Source: Microgenomates group bacterium (GTDB lineage: Bacteria > Patescibacteriota > Microgenomatia > Daviesbacterales > UBA10151). Taken from it: DNA of 64,000 nt. Shown one piece after another: positions 8,581-17,384 of this stretch (position 1 is the first letter of the stretch; each line of letters begins with the position of its first letter). The translations under genes and the position numbers were made by a program. Location of the stretch: the NCBI GenBank assembly GCA_041659805.1, contig JBAZXP010000001.1, positions 192,589-256,588 on the forward strand, in the 5' to 3' direction. The notes beneath the pieces are model-generated. The model was not told the origin of the DNA and made no database searches. It saw nothing but the letters and a program-made list of their open reading frames with translations.

Positions 8581-10407
8581 TCATTTTAAATCCATGGAGT
8601 AAATTTTACTACCATCCAGTAGATAGACCTTTTTCTTAGCTTCATCAACTACCAAATCTATAAAAGCGCTGAATTTATCCGAGGTGTATTGAGACATGTA
8701 ATTTCCCTTTTTATCCATTACCACCAACCTATTGTTTCCTTTATCCAATACATACAAATTTTCTGTGTCAGATGACACAAAAAAGCTGGAAATTTCTTTG
8801 ATTGGTTTATCCAAATTAGCATAAGAGAAAAAATCTACTACACCTTGAGTAAATTTTTCTATCTCTACTTTATTTTTCAAAACCCAAACAGATGAATCAA
8901 TTTCTAATTTCAATGCTTCGCCTACACTTGGTTTACCTTTAAAATATTCCCGTTTATCAGAATAACCTGCTTCTGTTGGCAGGTATTTCCAGATCTGCGC
9001 AGAAGGGGAAGAAGAATTTCCTTTATCAAAAAGGTAGACATTTCCTCCAAAAGCATACAGATCTGCAATCTGCCCCCAACCGGTATCAGGTTTAACAGCG
9101 ACTGTTGTCTTACCACCTGAATCTATTTTTAACACGCCTTTATCCGCAGAAAATACAAAAGCCGTTTGCCCATTTAATGAAGCAAAGCTCGCATTCCCGA
9201 TTTTATCTGATCCTGCTAAAGCTTCCTGAGATTTAGAATTTAAATTAATTTTCACCAAGGAATTATTTCTATTGTCCAAAAGAAGTAAATTACCGGCGGA
9301 TTGAGACATTTCCTTAGTGGTGAAATCTTTCTTAATTAGGCTCAAATCCAGCCAAACAGGAAATTCTCCAACTAAATTGTTTTTAGAAATTTCCGGGAAA
9401 CTTATATCCAGTTTATTTTTCAGCTCTTTTGCTTCCCTGTTTTCAGGATCAATTTTTAAAAGAGTGTCCAGGGCATTTTTGGCATTATTTAGACTACTGA
9501 CAGCCTCTGCGGTGTTTGAATCTTTAAGAGTCTGCGCCCTGTTAATTTCATTTGTAGATGTCTGTAAATAACCGCTGATTTGTTTTCCTTTTTCAGCATT
9601 TTTTTGGTTATTAAAACTCGCGATTGCACTCACAATCACAACTATTAATATGGCAAATCCAATTATGGCAAAGCCCCTTTTAGACCTTGGCATCAACCTT
9701 GAAAAACCTTTTCTGATACCCCGTCCGATTTTTTGCAAAAAAGCCTTGGTTTTTACTCCGCTTTCTGACGCTAAAACTGGCTGATATTGTATTTCTGTTC
9801 TTTCTACTAATTCTTCTTTAGGAATAATCTTTTCTTTTTCTACAACGATTGCAGCCACAGGATAATTTTCTGCTTCAGGTAACTTACTGGCAACCTCGTC
9901 TTCTAAATTTTCAATTGGGTATTTTTCCAAGGACATTAAATCATCCTGCAGAATCTTATCCAATGTTTTAGTACACATGATGATTCTGTCTCCTTCCTTG
10001 ATAATCCCAGAGATTACCTGTCCGTCAGAAAGTGAGCATAAATCAGTCCTCTTTCCGTTTCTAACAAGGAATGATTCCAGGTTTCCGGGTTGCCCCATTA
10101 GATAAAAAAAAGTATCAGTTGATTCTTCCTGGGTGGCGGAAATTAATATATTTAATTCCAAAGAGTCTTTTAGAGCGTCTTTTATGCCATGGCAAACTTC
10201 TATGACCCTGTCAGTAATTGTAAGAGATGAGGCATAGAACGCACTTTCAGCATCAGACAAAGCTGCCCTGGTACGGGTAAAAGCATCATCAAGGCTTGCT
10301 GAAATAATAATAAATAAATAAAACTTTTGCTCTGGTTGTCGTGAAACCAAAGCGATGGCTGCATCAGTATCCGAATTTAAGCCAATAATTTTGGCTGTTT
10401 TTAGCAT
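8581..10407 (-). CDS. large membrane-anchored protein, unknown; cytoplasmic N-domain, one TM helix, extracytoplasmic repeat (beta-propeller-like) C-domain
   Basis: TM helix FAIIGFAILIVVIVSAIASF mid-protein. C-terminal repeated motifs such as YVLDKGNNRLVVMDKKGNY and VYLLDGSKIYSMD. Confidence 0.5.
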   Translation of the reverse strand: MLKTAKIIGLNSDTDAAIALVSRQPEQKFYLFIIISASLDDAFTRTRAALSDAESAFYASSLTITDRVIEVCHGIKDALKDSLELNILISATQEESTDTFFYLMGQPGNLESFLVRNGKRTDLCSLSDGQVISGIIKEGDRIIMCTKTLDKILQDDLMSLEKYPIENLEDEVASKLPEAENYPVAAIVVEKEKIIPKEELVERTEIQYQPVLASESGVKTKAFLQKIGRGIRKGFSRLMPRSKRGFAIIGFAILIVVIVSAIASFNNQKNAEKGKQISGYLQTSTNEINRAQTLKDSNTAEAVSSLNNAKNALDTLLKIDPENREAKELKNKLDISFPEISKNNLVGEFPVWLDLSLIKKDFTTKEMSQSAGNLLLLDNRNNSLVKINLNSKSQEALAGSDKIGNASFASLNGQTAFVFSADKGVLKIDSGGKTTVAVKPDTGWGQIADLYAFGGNVYLFDKGNSSSPSAQIWKYLPTEAGYSDKREYFKGKPSVGEALKLEIDSSVWVLKNKVEIEKFTQGVVDFFSYANLDKPIKEISSFFVSSDTENLYVLDKGNNRLVVMDKKGNYMSQYTSDKFSAFIDLVVDEAKKKVYLLDGSKIYSMDLK

Positions 10408-10440
10408 AAACTACCTCATTTTTTCCGGGCAGTATAAATA

Positions 10441-10689
10441 TTATCCAAACAAAAAACCAATAAACAAAATAATTATCCCTAAAGCGACCCCTGCATGGAT
10501 TATAGCAAATGCGCGCAAGTATGGCGCAACCTCAGTAATAAGCGTATCAGTCATTAAATTAACCTGTCTTATCACGATTAAACTAAACACAAAATAAAGC
10601 AGGCTCAGTATAACTAAAGCACCGCGCACAATAAACCATATTGTTTCCATAGAAACTGCTGGATTAAAAAAATTACTTTCAAGGGGCAT
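10441..10689 (-). CDS. small two-TM membrane protein, unknown
   Basis: 82-aa hydrophobic ORF overlapping the next gene's stop by 11 nt. Confidence 0.35.
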   Translation of the reverse strand: MPLESNFFNPAVSMETIWFIVRGALVILSLLYFVFSLIVIRQVNLMTDTLITEVAPYLRAFAIIHAGVALGIIILFIGFLFG

Positions 10690-11254
10690 TGTGACCTCCT
10701 ATGGGTTCAACCAATTCACGTAAATCCTGTATCCGTTCTGCCACAAAATCAGGACCGGGTACTGAAATAAAAGAAATATCCTGTTTATCTGCTGCGGTTT
10801 CTATCACTACATCTCCAAAATTAAAAAGGGATCCGAAAATACCTGCCACTTTTGTCTTAACACTCTGCACATCCTCAAGCATCGCTTCAGTTGAAGTTTT
10901 AGAAAGGAGGGAGCTCATAGTAACATCAGTCAAATGAATGTTAGTCACAATATAAATATTAAAGTACCAATACAAATATCTTTCCAGGATATAAGCCATC
11001 ATCAGCATGTACCAAAGAATCACAACCGCCATTACAATATCACCTGGAATTTGAGGTAATAACCCCACAAAAATACTATCAATCGAAGAAAAGATAAAAG
11101 GAAAAAGTAATCCCAAGAAAGCAATTACCACCCAGGAAAGATTTGTAAACCAGTGTTGACGCAGTAGTAATTCAATATGTTCATCAACCTCTTGTTGCCC
11201 CAACTTAATATTTTCAGGATTATCAAAGAGTGCCGGAAATAATTTGAAGCTCAT
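10679..11254 (-). CDS. membrane protein, possibly a bacterial PH-domain (YdbS/YdbT-like) family member
   Basis: Two TM helices, then ERYLYWYF...IVTNIHLTDV, which resembles bPH_2 proteins. Confidence 0.45.
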   Translation of the reverse strand: MSFKLFPALFDNPENIKLGQQEVDEHIELLLRQHWFTNLSWVVIAFLGLLFPFIFSSIDSIFVGLLPQIPGDIVMAVVILWYMLMMAYILERYLYWYFNIYIVTNIHLTDVTMSSLLSKTSTEAMLEDVQSVKTKVAGIFGSLFNFGDVVIETAADKQDISFISVPGPDFVAERIQDLRELVEPIGGHNAP

Positions 11255-11273
11255 GAGGGAATAATATCACAAA

Positions 11274-12953
11274 TTATCTCTTCTCGATATTAAATAGTGG
11301 ACCGACTATTGCAATATTTGCCGGTGCCCGAACATTAAAGTAATCTTTAAAAACTTTTCCATCGAAAGTTTTTGACCCAGCATCTCCGGAAAGAGTAATC
11401 GAGGTTGTTCTTCCTGAACCAAAATCAAAATTTGTAGAGATACTATCAATTCTATTAAACGGCGTCGCTCCCTTACTACGCAGCTCACTTTTAACTTTTT
11501 CAGCATCCCAGGAATCCCAATCAGTGGTATAGGCCGAGAGTATCGCTACATTAACAATATCTGCCACTTCATCTGATTTGAGCCAGGCAGATTTATTATA
11601 TTGTGGTCTCCAACCTTGGGCATTATAAAAACAAGGAGAATCTCTGTCGTAAGCTTTACTAAACAAGTCCGCGAGGCTGTTAATATCACCATTTACATCT
11701 TTTAAGTTTTTAGTCCAAGAGGTGCTACCTCCAAAAACCTCAGATGAAGGATGGGTATAGCCTCCATCTGTTGAAGAAAACCAAGCTTTAATAGGATTAC
11801 CACCAACAACCATGGCTTTTTTGGAAGTTTCATTCACCGCCTGTTCCCAAGCCCCACCTTTAGGATCAGTCTTAAACACCTGACAATCCTGGCTGGCACA
11901 AATAGAACCACTACCTTTATTGGTATAAGCCAGCGCATACGATCTGGCGGCAATTGCCTGGGCTTTTAATGATTCTATTGGCCATGACCCAGGCACCTCA
12001 TAAATGCGTTTGGCATAATCATCCAAACTACCACTCCAATGAATGTTCGCATTACTATCATCCACTCTGATAGTGACATCAAATTCCTGATATCCATCAA
12101 AATTATAATAAGCCTTCAAAATTTGATCATAGCTTTGACCGGCATTTGCCCGACCGTATGCCCCAAATTGACTCATCCCAACACGGTGTGGAATTCCGAA
12201 TGTATAAAAAGCGAAAGCAGGCGAAAACCCTGGATCAATATTGCGATCATCTGAACAAGCCATTGAAATACCGGCTGATCTGGATAAATGTAAGCTACCG
12301 ATTCTTGCTGCAATTATTTCCTGCTGACGGGCGGTCAGTGAGGCAATTTGTTTGGTTAAGTTGGTCTGGTAATCTTTAGCCTTTTTAACTTCCCCTCCAA
12401 TAAAAGCGGCATTTTTATCAACCTCTACCTGCATAGAAGCTAAAGCTTTTTTATCTTTTTCCAGTTTGTCTTTTTGAGTAATTAAATCCAACATATCAGC
12501 AGTGACTTGTGAAATAACACTCTGGTCTTCTCGTGTGGCTGCCTGACGGTAAGAAAGCTCGCGCAGTAAATCTCCGGAAGCAGCACTGGTAAAAATCACT
12601 GTAAAAGGAGAGGCCATATAAGAACGGATGTAATAAGACCTCACCCTTTGAGAAAGTAAGGATTGTTGAACAACCAACTTATCAGTACGAATCGAAATAT
12701 CTTTTTCTTTCTGAATAATATTGGCAGATAAGACTGCCAGCTTATTTTGAATTTGAGCAAGTTGAATTTTTAAAGCACTCAGTTGTCCTTCCAATGGTTT
12801 AGTGGCTGTAACAGACATTTCTCTGGCTTTGGATAATTCATCAATTTGTGCTTGTAAATCAGAAACCTCATCAGCAAAGGCAGGGTTTAGGGTGTAGGTT
12901 ATAGTGAGTAGGGAAAAAAATAATATAACTAGGAACAGGAAAATCTTTTTCAT
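11274..12953 (-). CDS. SpoIID/LytB-domain protein with an N-terminal signal peptide and coiled coil
   Basis: HRVGMSQFGAYGRANAGQSYDQILKAYY is the SpoIID signature. The N-terminus has Q/L-rich heptads. Confidence 0.75.
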   Translation of the reverse strand: MKKIFLFLVILFFSLLTITYTLNPAFADEVSDLQAQIDELSKAREMSVTATKPLEGQLSALKIQLAQIQNKLAVLSANIIQKEKDISIRTDKLVVQQSLLSQRVRSYYIRSYMASPFTVIFTSAASGDLLRELSYRQAATREDQSVISQVTADMLDLITQKDKLEKDKKALASMQVEVDKNAAFIGGEVKKAKDYQTNLTKQIASLTARQQEIIAARIGSLHLSRSAGISMACSDDRNIDPGFSPAFAFYTFGIPHRVGMSQFGAYGRANAGQSYDQILKAYYNFDGYQEFDVTIRVDDSNANIHWSGSLDDYAKRIYEVPGSWPIESLKAQAIAARSYALAYTNKGSGSICASQDCQVFKTDPKGGAWEQAVNETSKKAMVVGGNPIKAWFSSTDGGYTHPSSEVFGGSTSWTKNLKDVNGDINSLADLFSKAYDRDSPCFYNAQGWRPQYNKSAWLKSDEVADIVNVAILSAYTTDWDSWDAEKVKSELRSKGATPFNRIDSISTNFDFGSGRTTSITLSGDAGSKTFDGKVFKDYFNVRAPANIAIVGPLFNIEKR

Positions 12954-13028
12954 GGAATGAAGTCATTATACCTTAAAGATAGTTGGCTCGTCTTGCAAAC
13001 AAAATAGGTTATTGTTAATCTAAAGGTA

Positions 13029-13439
13029 ATGTCCTTCTTATTAAAAACCATTACTTTAGTATTTTTTTCCCTAATTTTTCTTTACTCTTTTCAGCCTGTT
13101 TTTGCTGAAGCAGCTCCAGGAGGAGCAGGTCAACCTTGTCGCTATGAAGGTTCTGATGGCATTTTTACTGCGCTAGGTTGTGTGCCTGTTGAACCCTCAA
13201 AGTTTATTATGGCTGTCTCCCGACTGCTAGCCGGAGCTGGCGGGGGAGTTGCCTTACTATTGATGATTGCAGGGGCTTTTCGGATGATAACTTCCGGTGG
13301 TAATCCCGATGCAGTCAAAGCCGGATCAGAACAGTTTACTTCCGCCTTAATCGGCTTACTGTTCATTATTTTTGCTACACTGTTATTAAAGGTTATCGGG
13401 GTAGATATACTAAACCTACCTGGATTTGGAACAACATAA
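13029..13439 (+). CDS. VirB2/TrbC-like mini-protein, paralog 1 (signal peptide, two Cys, two TM helices around an SGGNPDAVKAG loop)
   Basis: Topology and the loop motif MITSGGNPDAVKAGSEQFTSALIGLLFIIFATLLL are shared with the five following ORFs. Confidence 0.55.
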   Translation: MSFLLKTITLVFFSLIFLYSFQPVFAEAAPGGAGQPCRYEGSDGIFTALGCVPVEPSKFIMAVSRLLAGAGGGVALLLMIAGAFRMITSGGNPDAVKAGSEQFTSALIGLLFIIFATLLLKVIGVDILNLPGFGTT

Positions 13440-13441
13440 TT

Positions 13442-13801
13442 ATGACACAACTACTAGCTCAAAAATTACAACTTCCCGGAGGAACAGAGGTAACATTACC
13501 TGTCGGAGGCAATTCTGCCATTGCAAGTCCCACAATCGGGGGAATCATCACTCCGGCGTTAGAGGCTGTTTTTTTGATCGCTTCTGTTTTAATGTTTGTC
13601 TGGATGGTTTGGGGAATCTTCCAATATATTTTTGCCGGCGGTGAAAAAGAAAAATTAGCCAAAGCCAGATCCCGGATTACCTGGGCTATAGTTGGTTTTA
13701 TTATTGTGCTACTTGCCTTTACTCTTTCCAGATATATACAAGAAATTTTCCCAGCTAGATCAGTGCCTATCACACCTATAACTGAACCGACAAATGATTG
13801 A
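13442..13801 (+). CDS. VirB2/TrbC-like mini-protein, paralog 2
   Basis: IFAGGEKEKLAKARSRITWAIVGFIIVLLAF, starting 3 nt after paralog 1. Confidence 0.55.
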   Translation: MTQLLAQKLQLPGGTEVTLPVGGNSAIASPTIGGIITPALEAVFLIASVLMFVWMVWGIFQYIFAGGEKEKLAKARSRITWAIVGFIIVLLAFTLSRYIQEIFPARSVPITPITEPTND

Positions 13802-14084
13802 TTTAGGACAACAATTTGGTTTTGCACTTCCAACGCTTGGTGCTGGTTTTAACCGGCTGGTCATGCCGGCTTTTGAAATTGCCGGTGTGGCAGTGATTAT
13901 TTACCTGCTTATAGGGGGGATTAAATATATGATCTCTGCAGGAGACAAGAATGCTGTTGCCTCCGCCCAACAAATGATAACTCATGCTATTATTGGTTTT
14001 ATTTTATTGATATTATTATTTGTAATAGTACAATTTGTACCGGAATTTTTTGGAGCTGGCGCACTCAGGATAATCGGAAGATGA
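13794..14084 (+). CDS. VirB2/TrbC-like mini-protein, paralog 3
   Basis: MISAGDKNAVASAQQMITHAIIGFILLILLFVIV. Overlaps its neighbours by 8 and 4 nt. Confidence 0.5.
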   Translation: MIDLGQQFGFALPTLGAGFNRLVMPAFEIAGVAVIIYLLIGGIKYMISAGDKNAVASAQQMITHAIIGFILLILLFVIVQFVPEFFGAGALRIIGR

Positions 14085-14419
14085 ACAAATTATTAGCAGC
14101 GGATTTTTCAAATATTATAGGAACAATTTCTCCTCCTGCAGCAATTAAACCCTTAGTGGACCAAGGTGGCCAAGGAGGCCTTAACACTGTTTTAAGAAAT
14201 GGTATTACCTTAATCTATCAAATAGCAATTGTTTTATTTCTTCTAATGATTCTTTTTAGCGCATTACAATGGATTATCTCCGGTGGAGAAAAAGAAAAGA
14301 TTGCTGCTGCCAGAGGAAGACTGACCAGCGCAGTGATTGGATTAGTAATCTTAGGTTTGGCTTGGGTGATTGTTTCTGTTTTAGGAACTATCACCGGAAT
14401 TAAACTGGGAGGAGTATAA
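14081..14419 (+). CDS. VirB2/TrbC-like mini-protein, paralog 4
   Basis: QWIISGGEKEKIAAARGRLTSAVIGLVILGLAWVIV. Confidence 0.55.
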   Translation: MNKLLAADFSNIIGTISPPAAIKPLVDQGGQGGLNTVLRNGITLIYQIAIVLFLLMILFSALQWIISGGEKEKIAAARGRLTSAVIGLVILGLAWVIVSVLGTITGIKLGGV

Positions 14420-14468
14420 AACTAACCACTCACTTGACAAGGTTTTTATTCTGTGCAAACATTAATTT

Positions 14469-14813
14469 ATGAGTCCTACACCAATTCCAACATTTAGCTT
14501 AAGTAATCTTGGTGTTGGCATTGCCAGCAATACCCCTATCGGAGACATTATTGGTAATGCTATCCGAATCATCATCATTATCTCTTTAATCGCAGTTTTA
14601 GCAATGTTAATCTTCGGAGCTTTTCAATGGATCATCTCAGGTGGTGAAAAAGAAAAGGTTGCTGCTGCCAGAGGAAGAATTACCAATGCCTTAATCGGAC
14701 TGGCCATTTTAGGCTTAGCTTTCGTGATTGTTACAGTAGCCGGTACTTTAGTCGGTATTAATATTTTTGAAAATATTCAAATCCCAAGCTTAGGTGATAC
14801 AACCGCAAGGTAA
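14469..14813 (+). CDS. VirB2/TrbC-like mini-protein, paralog 5
   Basis: QWIISGGEKEKVAAARGRITNALIGLAILGLAFVIV, nearly identical to the loop of paralog 4. Confidence 0.55.
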   Translation: MSPTPIPTFSLSNLGVGIASNTPIGDIIGNAIRIIIIISLIAVLAMLIFGAFQWIISGGEKEKVAAARGRITNALIGLAILGLAFVIVTVAGTLVGINIFENIQIPSLGDTTAR

Positions 14814-14855
14814 TTCTTCCTTGACCTAATTTCTTCTTTTTAGTACTGTTAAGGT

Positions 14856-15221
14856 ATGAAAAAATATCTGTCCTTTATCTTTTCTGTACTATCTCTTTTA
14901 CTCTCTGCACCCGCTTATGCAGCCACTACAGTAAATCCTCTTCCTGCCGGAAAGGATCAATTAATACAACTTATTACCAGAATTATTAATCTGGCAGCTG
15001 AGGCTGCATTCACTGTTTTGTTAATCATGATTATTTACGCAGGAATTAAGTTTCTAACTTCCGGTGGAGACCCGAAAGCAATCGGAGCAGCTTCTGGCAC
15101 TATCACATGGGCTCTTCTTGGTATTTTGTTCATGGCTATAGGTTGGTTATTCTTATTATTGATTAAAAATTTCACTGGCATTGACGTGACTAAATTCTGT
15201 CTTGATTTTCGTGGCTGTTAG
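14856..15221 (+). CDS. VirB2/TrbC-like mini-protein, paralog 6 (clear signal peptide ending AYA)
   Basis: LTSGGDPKAIGAASGTITWALLGILFMAIGWLFLL. Confidence 0.55.
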   Translation: MKKYLSFIFSVLSLLLSAPAYAATTVNPLPAGKDQLIQLITRIINLAAEAAFTVLLIMIIYAGIKFLTSGGDPKAIGAASGTITWALLGILFMAIGWLFLLLIKNFTGIDVTKFCLDFRGC

Positions 15222-15230
15222 TAATTACCA

Positions 15231-17336
15231 ATGAAATACCTGCCTTTGACCCTCTTACTTCTGATAAGTTGTTTTTTTTACATATTCCCTGGTGCAGTTA
15301 AAGCAGATGAATGTACCGGTAAAAATGTCGGCGATGCTTGTGGTGCATTCATAAGACAAATTGATGCCAACAATTGCATGCCATGCCATGGTAGCTGTAT
15401 AAACAGTGGCAGCACTTTATCTTGTAGTATGGCCGGAGGTAATGTCGGTTGTTCTCCGCAATATGCCTGCAGCGGGGTTAACCCTACCCCAACACCAATC
15501 ACTGCTCCACCCCAAGCTCAACAAGGAACTATTATTGGGGCACAAATTCCGCTTGAACAAGCACAAAGCACTATTAATCGAATGGTCCCTTCACAATATA
15601 GTTTCCAATGGCTTAAATATCAATTTTCATTAGGAAGTGGACAGAACTTAGGAGAGGCTGTAACAGCCGCAAAATCGTCTGCTGCCGGAGGAGGAAGGAA
15701 TTATAGCGTCTTGGTTTCAGTGGCAAAAAACGGTGCAGGAATTGAAACCCTAAAAAATCCTGATACTTACCCTCCTGAACAAGCTCCTGAATACTATACC
15801 CACAAATATTGTCCGTATAATGAAGAACTGGAAACATATTCTGTCAACCCTCATAATTGCGGCACTGACCTTGTTAGTGGAGAACCTCAAACCTGCTATG
15901 ATTCACAAACTGCTCAACCAAAATCAGATAACGGTTATATAAAATTCAGAGATCAGATGGAGGCATTAGCCTCAACTTTAAATTCATTAGGAGTTGAGGC
16001 GGTTGAAATCTGGAATGAGCCTAACTTAGCAGTGGAATGGACTAATCAGGGACTTGGTCCAATCAGCCCCCAAAATTATGCAAATTTTTTTATCTGTGGA
16101 GCTAAAGGCCTTAAAAAAGGTGGCTACAATGGGAAAATTATTACTGCAGCACCCTCTCCCGGTGCAGGTGGAACAGGAAATATGGATGATCTGGCTTTTT
16201 TTGATGCTTTTTACAATGAACTTAATTCCCAGGGTCAATTAGGATTAGTTGATGCTTATGGGTGGCATGGGAATGTAACAAGAGATATCTCACCCACCAG
16301 CAGTGATGTAAACGGATTTCAAAGATTCTCAAGGATACTTGGCAAAGGTAAACCTGTTTGGCTAACAGAATTTGGTTGGGATAGAAGTATTTTACCGGGA
16401 TCAGAAGAACAAAAGAGACAAAAACAGGGTCTTTATATTGCCCAGGCTTATGGCGTAATTAACAGCAACTTCTTAAATAAAGTTACAGCTATGTTTGTCT
16501 GGAATTTTGGCTTTACCAAAGCAGGGAGGACTGAAGCAGAATTTGTTGATTGGGATATAGAAGGAATTACTCCTCAAGGACGGCTTTGCCAACCAAATGC
16601 TCCCATTGACCCCAGATATAGAGGAGACCGGAGAAGCACCACTTATGTACAGGATAAATCTCTTTCGGATGATGAAATTGTTGCAACTGTGGCGGGCTTA
16701 GCCTTAGTACCAAAGACAGTAATCGAAGACGCCAACCAGAGTGCCAGGACAATTAGTCAAACCAAGGTTGATACCAAAAAAAGCTTTTACAGCAATCTTC
16801 CGTTACTTGGTGATTTTTTGAGCCAAATTGCTAACCTGATCGATTTTTTCCGCTGTATGATTGGTCAATCAGAGTTTTGTAAACCGAATTTATCAATTGG
16901 TATTGCAGAAAAGATAGAAGGAGGAACTGTTCCAGGAAAAAATACAGCCTCATTTGCGTCGGAAGCTCAAATATTAGGACAGGCCGCCATTCCCAATGGT
17001 ATGGAATTAGTTCCTGAAGAAAGAGATTGTAATATAGGATTTCAGGGAGAAGAACCGGATCCCGGTCATATCAGATTAAACACGCTTAGTGAAACAATGG
17101 GAACTACCACTGGCTTTTATGGTAATAATATGCCTGATTTCAAAACTTTAACCCCAGACGATTGGTTAAATATAATAAAAGACAGAATGCAACAGGAAAA
17201 CTTAAATATTGGCAGTAAACTATTTAATCAGGATAAAAGATCCCCTGATTTATATGTCAGAAAACAGGTGATGTGTAAAGGACTATATCCGGAAGGCATT
17301 TGTCCTTTTGAACCTTCCCCTACACCAACCATATAA
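15231..17336 (+). CDS. secreted clan GH-A (GH5-like) glycoside hydrolase with an N-terminal Cys-rich module and PT linker
   Basis: Signal peptide, then about 10 Cys within the first 60 residues after it, then a PTPTPITAPP linker. Catalytic-type motifs VEIWNEPN (acid/base NEP) and VWLTEFGW (nucleophile TE). Confidence 0.6.
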   Translation: MKYLPLTLLLLISCFFYIFPGAVKADECTGKNVGDACGAFIRQIDANNCMPCHGSCINSGSTLSCSMAGGNVGCSPQYACSGVNPTPTPITAPPQAQQGTIIGAQIPLEQAQSTINRMVPSQYSFQWLKYQFSLGSGQNLGEAVTAAKSSAAGGGRNYSVLVSVAKNGAGIETLKNPDTYPPEQAPEYYTHKYCPYNEELETYSVNPHNCGTDLVSGEPQTCYDSQTAQPKSDNGYIKFRDQMEALASTLNSLGVEAVEIWNEPNLAVEWTNQGLGPISPQNYANFFICGAKGLKKGGYNGKIITAAPSPGAGGTGNMDDLAFFDAFYNELNSQGQLGLVDAYGWHGNVTRDISPTSSDVNGFQRFSRILGKGKPVWLTEFGWDRSILPGSEEQKRQKQGLYIAQAYGVINSNFLNKVTAMFVWNFGFTKAGRTEAEFVDWDIEGITPQGRLCQPNAPIDPRYRGDRRSTTYVQDKSLSDDEIVATVAGLALVPKTVIEDANQSARTISQTKVDTKKSFYSNLPLLGDFLSQIANLIDFFRCMIGQSEFCKPNLSIGIAEKIEGGTVPGKNTASFASEAQILGQAAIPNGMELVPEERDCNIGFQGEEPDPGHIRLNTLSETMGTTTGFYGNNMPDFKTLTPDDWLNIIKDRMQQENLNIGSKLFNQDKRSPDLYVRKQVMCKGLYPEGICPFEPSPTPTI

Positions 17337-17384
17337 ATATTCAGTCTAGTTGCAAGAACCTTGTAAATTTTGTACTCTTAAGCT

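Noticed and set aside
13142-13985. Minus-strand ORFs 13142..13450, 13459..13833 and 13803..13985
   Set aside because: They are antisense to the tandem pilin-like genes, whose conserved paralog motifs identify the plus strand as coding.
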